Positions 8,913 through 17,681 of a stretch of 32,000 bases of DNA are shown here, one piece after another. The position numbers and the translations under genes were made by a program. The notes under the pieces were generated by a model. The model was not told where the DNA came from, did no database searches, and worked only from the letters and a program-made list of their open reading frames with translations. The first letter of the stretch is position 1. Every line of letters begins with the position of its first letter. Origin of the DNA: Sinorhizobium meliloti (GTDB taxonomy: Bacteria > Pseudomonadota > Alphaproteobacteria > Rhizobiales > Rhizobiaceae); the NCBI RefSeq assembly GCF_017876815.1, contig NZ_JAGIOS010000001.1:90001-122000 (forward strand). The letters are read 5' to 3'.

Positions 8913-9274
8913 CTACCAGGCATCCGGCTCGCGCACGAGGTGGACGATATTGGCGGGGTTCATGATCCATCCGCCGCGGAAGCCCTCGCCCAGTTCCTCG
9001 ACCTGATCGCAGCGCACCACCTTGTGCGCTGCGAGGCGATCGAGCGCCGCCCCGTGATCTTCGGTGAAGAGCTCCAGCCATATCTCTGCCTGGCTGTAAT
9101 GCGGCGCTTCGTCTATCCACAAACGATTGGGGCCGAGAACGAAGCCTTTCGCCGGTGCCTTCTCGTCGAAAGGGGGAGACCGACGACGTCCCGGTAGAAG
9201 GCGATCACCGCCTCGTATTGATGGCTCGGAACCTTCATGGCGATGTTGATACCGCCCTTGATTTCGGTGGACAT
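8913..9274 (-). pseudogene. VOC/glyoxalase-family gene interrupted by a 1-nt frameshift in a homopolymer
   Basis: ATG 9274..9272 follows a GGAGGGG RBS and reads MSTEIKGGINIAMKVPSHQYEAVIAFYRDVVGLP, a typical VOC N terminus. This frame stops at 9113..9115 after 53 aa. The rest of the fold (PPFDEKAPAKGFVLGPNRLWIDEAPHYSQAEIWLELF...IMNPANIVHLVREPDAW) continues in another frame, the track ORF 8913..9407. The switch maps to the G5 run at 9172..9176 (C5 on the coding strand). The span is 362 nt, so one extra base would give an intact 120-aa ORF. Confidence 0.7.
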
Positions 9275-9283
9275 AGACCCCTC

Positions 9284-9766
9284 CTACAGTTGCGGTTCGA
9301 GCGCGGGCTTGCCGGAGAGTTCGCTCACATAATAGCCCTCCCGCAAATTGATGCCGTATTCGACCCAGGCCTTCATGCAGGCGAGCATCTGCGACCAGCC
9401 CTCGCAATTGAGATAGGAGCTCTTCTGCCCCTGTTCGTTTTCCCGCCAGCCGCTCTCGGCGATCGTCACCATGGTGGCGCCGTCGTCGAGCGGCTGAAAG
9501 CGCATTTCAACCCGCGTCTGGTAGGGAGACTCGCCTTCACCGGTCATGGCGTCCCAGCAAAAGACGATCCGCTCGTTAGGCTCCACGGCCTCGACCTTGA
9601 TGGGAACCTCGCCCCACCACGTCACGGTGGTGCCGGCAACCAGCGGCCCGCTGATGCCGCCGAGCGTTACGAAATAGCGGCTGAGCTGATCCGGATTTAC
9701 CACCGCGTCGAAAACCTGCCCGACGGGACGGGCAATCCTCCCATTCATTCGAAATTCGAAAGCCAT
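9284..9766 (-). CDS. SRPBCC (AHSA1/START-like) domain protein
   Basis: Track ORF of 160 aa. It has an Aha1-like SRPBCC pattern (ARPVGQVFDAVVNPDQLSRYF ... MVTIAESGW). GAGGAGGA lies upstream of the ATG. It is divergent from an ArsR-family regulator, which is the usual pairing. Confidence 0.8.
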   Translation of the reverse strand: MAFEFRMNGRIARPVGQVFDAVVNPDQLSRYFVTLGGISGPLVAGTTVTWWGEVPIKVEAVEPNERIVFCWDAMTGEGESPYQTRVEMRFQPLDDGATMVTIAESGWRENEQGQKSSYLNCEGWSQMLACMKAWVEYGINLREGYYVSELSGKPALEPQL

Positions 9767-9799
9767 GACGTCCTCCTCACGATTGTATCTGCCGATAAT

Positions 9800-9819
9800 A
9801 TGTTATAAAAACATAACAT
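9800..9819. promoter_or_regulatory. Inverted-repeat operator candidate overlapping the ArsR-like start codon
   Basis: ATGTTAT (9800-9806) - aaaaac - ATAACAT (9813-9819): perfect 7-bp arms in an AT-rich 51-bp divergent spacer. The right arm contains the first two bases of the ATG at 9818. Confidence 0.5.
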
Positions 9820-10150
9820 GTCAAACGATTCGAAAGACGATGCGGTTTTCAAGGCGCTGGCGAACGGCCTGCGCCGACAGATGCTCGACGTGCTGAAGGA
9901 GGAACCGCAAACGACGGGCATGCTCTGCGAACGCTTCCCGACCCTGGATCGCTGCACGGTGATGCAGCACCTCAAGGTTCTGGAGGAGGCCGATCTCGTT
10001 CTCGTCAGGCGCGAGGGCCGCGAGCGGTGGAACCACCTGAACGCCTTGCCCATCCGCGCCATTCACGATCGTTGGATCAGCCAGTATGCCGGCCACGCAA
10101 TGTCCGTTCTGACAGCCCTCCAACGTGAGCTCGACGAGCCCCGCGAGTGA
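9818..10150 (+). CDS. ArsR/SmtB-family winged-helix transcriptional regulator
   Basis: Track ORF of 110 aa. The HTH region is LCERFPTLDRCTVMQHLKVLEEADLVLVRREGRERWNHLN. No SD sequence precedes the ATG. Confidence 0.85.
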   Translation: MSNDSKDDAVFKALANGLRRQMLDVLKEEPQTTGMLCERFPTLDRCTVMQHLKVLEEADLVLVRREGRERWNHLNALPIRAIHDRWISQYAGHAMSVLTALQRELDEPRE

Positions 10151-10221
10151 CGGAATTGACTTTTCATCGGCCGGCTTTCTGCGTATGAACTGTCGAGTGG
10201 GGCAAACTGGGGGAAATCGTC

Positions 10222-11247
10222 ATGCGTTACCTCATCACCGGCACTGCAGGATTCATCGGTTTTCATGTTGCAAAACGGCTGATCGACGAGGGGCATTTCG
10301 TCGTCGGGTTCGACGGCATGACGCCCTATTACGACGTGACGCTGAAAGAGCGCCGGCACGCGATCCTTCAGCGCTCCAACGGCTTCAAGGCGGTGACGGC
10401 CATGCTCGAGGACCGGGCCGCACTGGACCGGGCGGCGGAGCTTGCCGAGCCGGAAGTCATCATCCACCTCGCCGCCCAGGCGGGCGTCCGCTACAGCCTC
10501 GAAAACCCGAAAGCCTATGTGGACGCGAACCTCGTCGGGTCGTGGAACATGCTTGAGCTCGCCAAGGCGATCGCACCGAAGCACCTGATGCTCGCCTCCA
10601 CTTCTTCGATCTACGGCGCCAACGAGAAGATCCCGTTCGCCGAAGCGGACCGGGCCGACGAACCGATGACGCTCTATGCCGCGACGAAGAAGTCGATGGA
10701 ATTGATGGCGCACAGCTATGCGCATCTTTACAAGGTGCCGACCACCTCTTTCCGCTTCTTCACCGTTTACGGCCCCTGGGGGCGGCCGGACATGGCGCTC
10801 TTCAAATTCGTCGACGCCATACACAACGGCCGGCCGATCGACATTTATGGCGAGGGCCGGATGAGCCGGGACTTCACCTATATCGACGACCTTGTCGAAA
10901 GCATCGTCCGGCTGTCGCATGTTCCTCCTTCGGAAGAGAACCGGGTGGCACCGGAAAAGGCCACGGACACGCTTTCGCGCCATGCGCCGTTCCGCGTCGT
11001 CAATACCGGCGGCGGCCAGCCGGTAGAATTGATGACCTTCGTCGAAACGGTCGAGAAGGCGGTGGGCCGTCCGGCAATCCACAACATGCTGCCGATGCAG
11101 CAGGGCGACGTCCCGCGCACCTTCGCTTCGCCGGACCTGCTCGAGGCCCTGACCGGATTCAAGCCGTCCGTTTCGGTCGAGGAAGGGGTTGCGCGCTTCG
11201 TCGAGTGGTATGATCAGAATTATCGCCGTGCACACACGACCGTCTGA
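10222..11247 (+). CDS. lpsL: NAD-dependent UDP-glucuronate 4-epimerase (SDR family)
   Basis: Track ORF of 341 aa. It has a Rossmann motif ([12 protein letters not shown]), a catalytic YAATK, and a layout typical of UDP-glucuronic acid epimerases. It lies directly upstream of a UDP-glucose dehydrogenase gene, as in the Sinorhizobium lpsL-rkpK pair. Confidence 0.85.
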   Translation: MRYLITGTAGFIGFHVAKRLIDEGHFVVGFDGMTPYYDVTLKERRHAILQRSNGFKAVTAMLEDRAALDRAAELAEPEVIIHLAAQAGVRYSLENPKAYVDANLVGSWNMLELAKAIAPKHLMLASTSSIYGANEKIPFAEADRADEPMTLYAATKKSMELMAHSYAHLYKVPTTSFRFFTVYGPWGRPDMALFKFVDAIHNGRPIDIYGEGRMSRDFTYIDDLVESIVRLSHVPPSEENRVAPEKATDTLSRHAPFRVVNTGGGQPVELMTFVETVEKAVGRPAIHNMLPMQQGDVPRTFASPDLLEALTGFKPSVSVEEGVARFVEWYDQNYRRAHTTV

Positions 11248-11267
11248 TGGTAAAACAAGCGATATTT

Positions 11268-11290
11268 GTGCGAAGCGCGTGCTTCCGCAC
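11268..11290 (+). terminator. Hairpin 3' of lpsL (weak terminator candidate)
   Basis: GTGCGAAGC-gcgt-GCTTcCGCAC: a 9-bp stem with one bulge and a tetraloop, 21 nt after the lpsL stop. T-rich runs (GGTTTTTCTTTACTTTTTTC) begin about 14 nt downstream, so it is not canonical. Confidence 0.3.
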
Positions 11291-11392
11291 CCAATTGCAA
11301 TTCGGTTTTTCTTTACTTTTTTCTCGATGACATCCTTTTATTAGATAAAACTTAATTGATCAGCGTTCCAAGAACAATCAAAGGAAGAGCGG

Positions 11393-12706
11393 ATGAAAAT
11401 CACGATGATCGGTGCCGGCTATGTCGGCCTTGTTTCCGGTGTGTGCTTTGCGGATTTCGGCCATGACGTCGTCTGCGTCGACAAGGACGAAGGCAAGATC
11501 TCGGCGCTGAAGAAGGGTCAGATTCCGATTTTCGAACCCGGGCTGGACCATCTCGTCGCCAGCAACGTCGCGTCCGGGCGCCTGAACTTCACCGACGATC
11601 TCAAGACCGCCGTGGCCGCCAGCGACGTGGTTTTCATTGCCGTCGGAACGCCGTCACGGCGCGGTGACGGGCATGCGGATCTTTCCTATGTTTACGCAGC
11701 TGCACGCGAAATCGCCGCCAACCTTCAGGGCTTCACCGTCGTGGTGACCAAGTCGACGGTTCCGGTCGGTACCGGAGACGAGGTCGAGCGCATCATCCGC
11801 GAGACCAATCCCGCGGCTGACGTCACCGTCGTCTCCAACCCGGAATTCCTGCGGGAAGGTGCCGCGATCGAGGATTTCAAACGGCCCGACCGGATCGTCA
11901 TCGGGGTCGACGGCAGCGACGGTCGCGCGCGAGAGGTGATGACGGAAGTCTATAGGCCGCTCTATCTCAACCAGTCGCCGCTCGTGTTCACGACACGCCG
12001 CACTTCGGAACTGATCAAATATGCCGGCAACGCCTTCCTGGCGATGAAGATCACCTTCATCAACGAGATTGCCGATCTGTGCGAGAAAGTCGGTGCCAAT
12101 GTGCAGGACGTCGCCCGCGGCATCGGGCTGGACGGCCGCATCGGGTCGAAGTTCCTGCATGCCGGGCCGGGATATGGCGGCTCCTGCTTCCCCAAGGACA
12201 CATTGGCGCTGGTCAAGACCGCGCAGGACCACGACACCCCCGTGCGGCTCGTCGAAACCACGGTCGCCGTCAACGACAACCGCAAGCGGGCGATGGGACG
12301 CAAGGTGATCGCGGCGGCCGGCGGCGATATCCGCGGGTCCAAGATCGCGGTCCTCGGCCTGACCTTCAAGCCGAATACCGACGACATGCGCGACAGCCCC
12401 GCGATCGCGGTCGTTCAGGCGCTGCAGGACGCAGGCGCCCGGGTCACCGGCTACGACCCGGAAGGAATGGAAAACGCGCGCAAGCTGATAGAGGGGCTGG
12501 ACTGCGCGCGCGATCCCTATGAAGCGGCGGCAGAGGCGGACGCTCTGGTGATCATCACCGAGTGGAACGAATTCCGGGCGCTGGATTTCGACCGTTTGAA
12601 GTCTACCATGAAGACGCCCCTGCTCGTCGATTTGCGCAATATCTATCGCAAGGACGAAGTCGCAAAGCACGGCTTCCGCTATGCAAGCATCGGCAGGCCG
12701 GACTGA
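11393..12706 (+). CDS. rkpK: UDP-glucose 6-dehydrogenase
   Basis: Track ORF of 437 aa. It has an N-terminal GAGYVG Rossmann motif and the catalytic Cys context GGSCFPKDT. AAGGAAGAG RBS is present. Confidence 0.92.
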   Translation: MKITMIGAGYVGLVSGVCFADFGHDVVCVDKDEGKISALKKGQIPIFEPGLDHLVASNVASGRLNFTDDLKTAVAASDVVFIAVGTPSRRGDGHADLSYVYAAAREIAANLQGFTVVVTKSTVPVGTGDEVERIIRETNPAADVTVVSNPEFLREGAAIEDFKRPDRIVIGVDGSDGRAREVMTEVYRPLYLNQSPLVFTTRRTSELIKYAGNAFLAMKITFINEIADLCEKVGANVQDVARGIGLDGRIGSKFLHAGPGYGGSCFPKDTLALVKTAQDHDTPVRLVETTVAVNDNRKRAMGRKVIAAAGGDIRGSKIAVLGLTFKPNTDDMRDSPAIAVVQALQDAGARVTGYDPEGMENARKLIEGLDCARDPYEAAAEADALVIITEWNEFRALDFDRLKSTMKTPLLVDLRNIYRKDEVAKHGFRYASIGRPD

Positions 12707-12737
12707 CCGGCAACGCACCGTCGCATTGATTGGCCAG

Positions 12738-12766
12738 CAGAGGGAAGCTGCACGGGCTTCCCTCTG
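12738..12766. terminator. Perfect 11-bp hairpin between convergent genes (bidirectional terminator candidate)
   Basis: CAGAGGGAAGC (12738-12748) - tgcacgg - GCTTCCCTCTG (12756-12766). It lies between the rkpK stop (12706) and the stop of the minus-strand gene at 12792. No U-tract on either side. Confidence 0.45.
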
Positions 12767-12791
12767 CGCGCCTCGCGCAGGAGGCTGGCGG

Positions 12792-13106
12792 TCAGGCCTT
12801 CGGGCCGACCTGGACGACCTGCTCCCAGCTTTTTCCGGCAAAAATGACGCAGCTTCGCCCGGAAACATCGGTCACGATCAATGTCCAACTGCCTCCGTCG
12901 GCTGCATAGAGTTCCATGACCGCCTGCGGGTTGATCTGCCCGACGGCGGCCTGCTTTTCTTCATATTGTCGAGTAAGCAGCTCGATGACCTGCGATCGCT
13001 CAGCGCAATTCACAACGGCCTGTGAGTCTGCCGTATGGGGGTAGGCCGTTACTGCCGCCGTCAGAAGGACGGCAAGAGAGAGGCCGCGGACCACATTGCG
13101 TACCAT
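12792..13106 (-). CDS. Small secreted/periplasmic hypothetical protein (104 aa)
   Basis: Track ORF 12792..13220. The internal ATG 13106 is preceded by AAGGAGG. The N terminus MVRNVVRGLSLAVLLTAAVTAYPHTA looks like a Sec signal peptide. The mature part has two Cys residues. I recognise no family. Confidence 0.6.
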   Translation of the reverse strand: MVRNVVRGLSLAVLLTAAVTAYPHTADSQAVVNCAERSQVIELLTRQYEEKQAAVGQINPQAVMELYAADGGSWTLIVTDVSGRSCVIFAGKSWEQVVQVGPKA

Positions 13107-13346
13107 GACGCACCTCCTTTCGCCGGGAAGTCCCGGCGGAAGAGGATTTCCGCTGACCTGTTCCGCCGTATACCGGCATTCGATGGTCGACACCTTCACG
13201 CGACGAAGCGATGTCGCCATCTGAAAAGTGTGACGGAAGCGGATTACATCTCAATTGGCTAAATTATAGAACGTAACCTGAACCGTCACACCAGCATCGA
13301 TGCCCGGGTAACGATCCTTCCATGCGGGCCGTTCCATCGGCCGCTC

Positions 13347-15653
13347 TCATTTTTTCTTCATCGCCGCCATCAGCGCCGCGCCGAACGCGCCTTGCGCCGG
13401 CTCCTGCGGTGTTTGCGACCGGGCCGACCCGCCCCGGTTTCCGCCCTTCGGTGCCGCCCCCCTCGCCTCGCGGGGCGTATCGGTGCCGCCTTCCTTGCGC
13501 ATGGAAAGCCCGATGCGCTTGCGCGCGACATCGACCTCCGTGACGCGGACCTGCACGACGTCACCCGCCTTGACGACCTCATGCGGATCCTTGACGAAGC
13601 GGTCGGCCAGTTGCGACACGTGGACGAGGCCGTCCTGGTGCACGCCGATATCGACGAAGGCGCCGAACGCTGCGACATTGGTCACCGTGCCCTCGAGCCG
13701 CATCCCGACTTTCAGATCCTTGATGTCGTCCACGCCTTCCGCAAAGGTCGCCGTCTTGAAGCTCGGGCGCGGATCGCGGCCCGGTTTCTCGAGTTCGGCC
13801 AGGATGTCCTTGACCGTCGGCAGGCCGAAGCGCTCGTCGACGAAAATGCGCGGGTCGAGTTTTTTCAGCTCGGCGCTATCTGCCATCAGCGAGCGCACGT
13901 CCCGGCCGCAGGCTGCAACGATCTTCTTGGCGACGCCATAGGCCTCCGGATGTACGGCCGACGCATCGAGCGGCTCGGACCCGTTCGGTATCCGCAGGAA
14001 GCCGGCGCACTGCTCGAAGGTGCGCGCGCCGAGACGCGGCACTTTCAAAAGTTCCTTGCGGCTGGCGAAGGCCCCCATCGCATCCCGGTGCGCGACGATT
14101 GCCTCGGCCGAGGACTTGCCCAGCCCCGAGACACGCGCCAGGAGCGGCGCCGAGGCGGTGTTGAGATCGACCCCAACGGCGTTCACCGCATCCTCGACAA
14201 CGGCATCGAGCGAGCGGCTGAGCTTCGACTGGTCGACGTCGTGCTGGTACTGGCCGACGCCGATCGACTTCGGTTCGATCTTGACGAGCTCGGCCAGCGG
14301 GTCCTGCAGCCGGCGGGCGATCGAGACGGCGCCCCGCAGGGAAACGTCGAGGCCCGGGAACTCGGCGGCCGCCGTCTCCGAAGCGGAATAGACCGATGCG
14401 CCCGCCTCGGACACGATCACCTTGGTAGGCTTCGGCGCCGGCATGGCAGCGAGCATGTCTGCGACGAGCTTCTCCGTTTCACGGCTACCGGTACCGTTGC
14501 CGATCGCGATCAGTTCCACCTTGTGCTTGCGCACGAGCGCCGCAAGCTCCGCCTGGGTACCGCGGATGTCGTTCTTCGGCGGAAAGGGATAGACCGTGGC
14601 GGTGTCGAGCAGCTTGCCGGTGCCGTCGACGACCGCGACCTTGACGCCGGTTCGGATGCCGGGGTCGAGGCCCATCGTCGCGCGCGAGCCCGCCGGTGCC
14701 GCGAGCAGCAGGTCCTTGAGATTGCGCGCGAAGACGCGGATGGCCTCTTCTTCGGCCCGCTCGCGCAGCTCGCGCATCAGGTCCAGCGACAGCGAGAGCG
14801 AGAGTTTGACGCGCCACGTCCAGCCGATCACCTCCAGCAGCCACCGGTCGGCGGGTAACCGATCGCCGACATTGTACGCCGCCGCGATCATGCGCTCGGT
14901 CGGCCTCAGCGAAGGCGACGCCTCCTGATCGACTACGATATCGACCGAGAGGACCTCTTCGTTCCAGCCGCGCAGCATCGCCAATGCGCGGTGCCCGGCC
15001 ACCGTCGCCCAGCGCTCGGAATGGTCGAAATAGTCCGAGAATTTGGCGCCGGACTCCTGCTTGCCGTCCACGACCCGGGCGCGCAGGAAGGCTACCTCCC
15101 GCATGTGGTTCCGCAACCGCCCGAGAAGGTCGGCGTTCTCGCTCATGGCTTCGGCAATGATATCGCGGGCGCCGTCGAGTGCGGTCTTGACGTCCGGCAC
15201 ATCGGCGGTGAGGAAAGCGGCCGCGCGTTCGGCCGGCGCGACCGATCGATCGGAAAGGATTGCTTCGGCCAGTGCACCCAGACCACGTTCGCGCGCGATT
15301 TCCGCCTTGGTGCGGCGCTTCGGCTTGTAGGGCAGGTAGATGTCTTCGAGTTCGGCCTTGGTAACCGCGCCGGCGATCTTGCCTTCGAGCTCGTCGGTCA
15401 TCTTGCCCTGGCTGCGGATCGAATCGACGATCGACGCCCGCCGCGCTTCAAGCTCACGCAGATAGGTGAGCCGCTCCGACAGGACGCGCAGTTGCGTATC
15501 GTCGAGGCCGCCGGTGACCTCCTTTCGGTAGCGGGCGATGAAAGGCACGGTTGCCCCGCCATCCAGCAATTCGACGGCCGCCGCGACCTGGGCGGCGGTC
15601 GCCTTGATTTCGCTGGCGATGATGGCGGCGATGGGCTTTGCGGTCGTGACCAT
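13347..15653 (-). CDS. tex: Transcription accessory protein Tex (YqgF/HhH/S1 domains)
   Basis: Track ORF of 768 aa. It has a YqgF-like block ([24 protein letters not shown]) and a C-terminal S1 domain ([33 protein letters not shown]). Confidence 0.92.
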   Translation of the reverse strand: MVTTAKPIAAIIASEIKATAAQVAAAVELLDGGATVPFIARYRKEVTGGLDDTQLRVLSERLTYLRELEARRASIVDSIRSQGKMTDELEGKIAGAVTKAELEDIYLPYKPKRRTKAEIARERGLGALAEAILSDRSVAPAERAAAFLTADVPDVKTALDGARDIIAEAMSENADLLGRLRNHMREVAFLRARVVDGKQESGAKFSDYFDHSERWATVAGHRALAMLRGWNEEVLSVDIVVDQEASPSLRPTERMIAAAYNVGDRLPADRWLLEVIGWTWRVKLSLSLSLDLMRELRERAEEEAIRVFARNLKDLLLAAPAGSRATMGLDPGIRTGVKVAVVDGTGKLLDTATVYPFPPKNDIRGTQAELAALVRKHKVELIAIGNGTGSRETEKLVADMLAAMPAPKPTKVIVSEAGASVYSASETAAAEFPGLDVSLRGAVSIARRLQDPLAELVKIEPKSIGVGQYQHDVDQSKLSRSLDAVVEDAVNAVGVDLNTASAPLLARVSGLGKSSAEAIVAHRDAMGAFASRKELLKVPRLGARTFEQCAGFLRIPNGSEPLDASAVHPEAYGVAKKIVAACGRDVRSLMADSAELKKLDPRIFVDERFGLPTVKDILAELEKPGRDPRPSFKTATFAEGVDDIKDLKVGMRLEGTVTNVAAFGAFVDIGVHQDGLVHVSQLADRFVKDPHEVVKAGDVVQVRVTEVDVARKRIGLSMRKEGGTDTPREARGAAPKGGNRGGSARSQTPQEPAQGAFGAALMAAMKKK

Positions 15654-15798
15654 TCTATCGTTCCGTTTCCTGTTTCGGCCGGACCGTACTGGCGCAGACC
15701 ATCAAGGCCAAGTGAAGGCCGGTGGCCGCCCGGGCGAACTCCACAGAAGATCATGAGACGGTGCCGCCGTGTCAGCGAGCGGGCGCTCGCCACACGTC

Positions 15799-15822
15799 CC
15801 TCGCCCCGCATTTGGGGCGAGG
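15799..15822 (-). terminator. Hairpin 3' of cfa (terminator candidate, no U-tract)
   Basis: CCTCGCCCC (15799-15807) - gcattt - GGGGCGAGG (15814-15822): a 9-bp perfect stem, 37 nt downstream of the cfa stop in the 205-bp cfa-tex spacer. Confidence 0.3.
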
Positions 15823-15858
15823 TGCCGGCAGGTGGATGAGGGGCCTTTCGCCCGCCCG

Positions 15859-17115
15859 TCAGACCGCGACGAGTTCCAGCCGTTCGCGGGTTTTTTCGAA
15901 TTCCAGCAATTCGCGCTCCTTGATGGCGATATAGTCGCGCGACACGGGCACCGTCGCGAGTGAGGGCGAGAGCTGGAGCTGGAAGACGAAGTGCTTGTCG
16001 TAGAGAAAGGCCGTTTCCGAGGCGGCGAGATAGAACTCCCACATGCGGAAAAAGCGCTCGTCATAGAGCCTGACCGCCTCCTCCCGCTGCGCCAGGAACC
16101 GCTCGCGCCAGGCCCTGAGCGTCCAGGCGTAATGCAGCGGCAGAATCTCGATGTCCTTGACGAGCAGGCGGTTGCTCTCGACCCGTGGCAATACCTCCGA
16201 CAGGGCGGGAATGTAGCCGCCGGGAAAGATATACTTCTCGATCCATGGGTTGGTCGCCCAGGGTTTGTAGATCTGGCCGATCGAATGCAGCAGCATCACT
16301 CCGTCGGGGTTCAGGAGTTCCTTCATCTTGCGGAAGAAATTGCCGTAATTTCCGATACCGACATGTTCGAACATGCCGACGGAGACGATGCGGTCGAATT
16401 GCCTTCCCTGCATGGTGCGATAGTCCTGCAATTCGAAACGCACCCGGTCGGAAAGTCCGCGCCTGGCGGCACGCTCGCGCGAGACCTTCAACTGCTCTTC
16501 GCTGAGCGTGATGCCCGTGACTTCGACCCCCGACGATTCGGCGAGGTACATCGCCATGCCGCCCCAGCCGGAACCCACTTCCAGTACCTTCTGACCGGGC
16601 TCGAGCAGCAGCTTTGCCGCTATGTGCCGCTTCTTGGCGCGCTGCGCCTCGTCGAGCGAGATACCCGGCGGATGGAAATAGGCACAGGAATATTGCCAGT
16701 CCTCATCGAGGAAGAGATTGAAGAGCTTGCCGTCCAGATCGTAATGGTGGGCGACGTTGTAGCGGTTACGGTTTACCGGCAGCCGGCTCTTCATCTGCTG
16801 GCGAAATATGTGTCCCAGCGCGACGATCGAATTGGTGAAGGTTGCCGCCTTGTCGAGATCATTGCTCTTGACGATGGCCAGCACGTCGAAAATATCGCCC
16901 TCCTCCACGAGAACGCGACCGTCCATGTACATTTCGCCGAATTTCAGCCCTGGGTCGTGAAGGACGGCTTTTTCCGCTCCTGCATCAGCGAAACGGATGG
17001 CCGCGGGCTTGCCCGTGCCATCGCCCAGAACCACCTTTTCACCCGACGAGAAAACGACCGTCAGCTTGCCTTTCTCGACAAGCCGGCGAAGTAGATTCAA
17101 CAATCCCGCATTCAT
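15859..17115 (-). CDS. cfa: Cyclopropane-fatty-acyl-phospholipid synthase
   Basis: Track ORF of 418 aa. It has a SAM-binding motif (KVLEVGSGWGGMAMYLAE) and a CFA-synthase C-terminal region (YAWTLRAWRERF). GAGGTAGGA RBS is present. Confidence 0.9.
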   Translation of the reverse strand: MNAGLLNLLRRLVEKGKLTVVFSSGEKVVLGDGTGKPAAIRFADAGAEKAVLHDPGLKFGEMYMDGRVLVEEGDIFDVLAIVKSNDLDKAATFTNSIVALGHIFRQQMKSRLPVNRNRYNVAHHYDLDGKLFNLFLDEDWQYSCAYFHPPGISLDEAQRAKKRHIAAKLLLEPGQKVLEVGSGWGGMAMYLAESSGVEVTGITLSEEQLKVSRERAARRGLSDRVRFELQDYRTMQGRQFDRIVSVGMFEHVGIGNYGNFFRKMKELLNPDGVMLLHSIGQIYKPWATNPWIEKYIFPGGYIPALSEVLPRVESNRLLVKDIEILPLHYAWTLRAWRERFLAQREEAVRLYDERFFRMWEFYLAASETAFLYDKHFVFQLQLSPSLATVPVSRDYIAIKERELLEFEKTRERLELVAV

Positions 17116-17681
17116 ATCCTACCTCAGCTCAGACCTAAACGGACCATCGGTTCCTTCACGGGGGAGCGGGTGAGCGGCTGGTCGGCTTCAGGGCAGAAAT
17201 GCGGCAGCTGTGCCTGGAAGCGCGCGGCCACATCCGGAAGCGGCGAGAAACCGGCTCGAGCGCGACCTCACGGTTTCCGGCGAGTCCTCGCGAAGCGAGG
17301 CAAGGACCAGCTGCGGGAATTCGTCAGGCCAGCCCATCGGGCTCCTATCCATCAGAACTTCCATTAACTTAGCTGTGTTCGGCGGTTATTCAATGGGGCT
17401 TTTTTGTGGCCCCTCAAAGATTTGTTTGCTTAGCAAATTCGAAAGCACCGAGGCAAGACCGTGCGCGTGGGGCCGGCCGGTGCATCGAGGCTATCTTTCT
17501 CCCCCTTTCGAGACGGGTGTTGCAGGACCGCTTCCGAGCGCCTACCTGCGATTCGTGGTGGCCGGCCGATCATGCGCCGGGTGACAGAGCGGTGCCGATC
17601 CCTTGTAACACTCGTATACCTACCGGTAACATCGTCACGCCACATTGTCGCGGCAAGCCCGTCGCGAGAGGAGGATACACG

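Noticed and set aside
8134-9120. 328-aa minus-strand ORF antisense to the L,D-transpeptidase (and 8550..9197 plus, 9155..9808 plus)
   Set aside because: The plus-strand YkuD motif (HGT...SSGCIRL) and the minus-strand VOC/SRPBCC genes explain this DNA. These ORFs lack motifs and an RBS.
10063-12868. Minus-strand ORFs 10063..11235 (390 aa) and 11654..12868 (404 aa) antisense to lpsL and rkpK
   Set aside because: Both plus-strand genes have unambiguous catalytic motifs (GxxGxxG/YxxxK, GGSCFPKD). The antisense products have no recognisable features.
13392-14858. 488-aa plus-strand ORF antisense to tex (and 14991..15839, 282 aa)
   Set aside because: These are shadow ORFs of the well-supported tex gene, with low-complexity Arg/Gly/Asp-rich translations.
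15991-17094. 367-aa plus-strand ORF antisense to cfa
   Set aside because: It is a shadow of cfa, which has the SAM-binding motif on the minus strand.
17138-17154. GGAAC...CGTT (minus strand) upstream of cfa, resembling an EcfG/RpoE2 general-stress promoter
   Set aside because: The spacer is only 8 nt, whereas the consensus needs 16-17 nt, and the motif lies about 25 nt from the ATG.
17188-17337. 49-codon minus-strand ORF in the cfa upstream region
   Set aside because: I did not call it as a feature. It matches no family I recognise, the RBS spacing is short (4 nt), and GC3 drops in its second half. It is mentioned under the cfa-GDPD spacer finding for follow-up.
17634-17662. Pho-box-like GTCAC/TTGTCGC motifs upstream of the GDPD gene
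   Set aside because: The half-site spacing is 13 nt rather than 11 nt, the second half-site (AGCCCGT) is poor, and the position is too close to the start codon for a PhoB-activated promoter.
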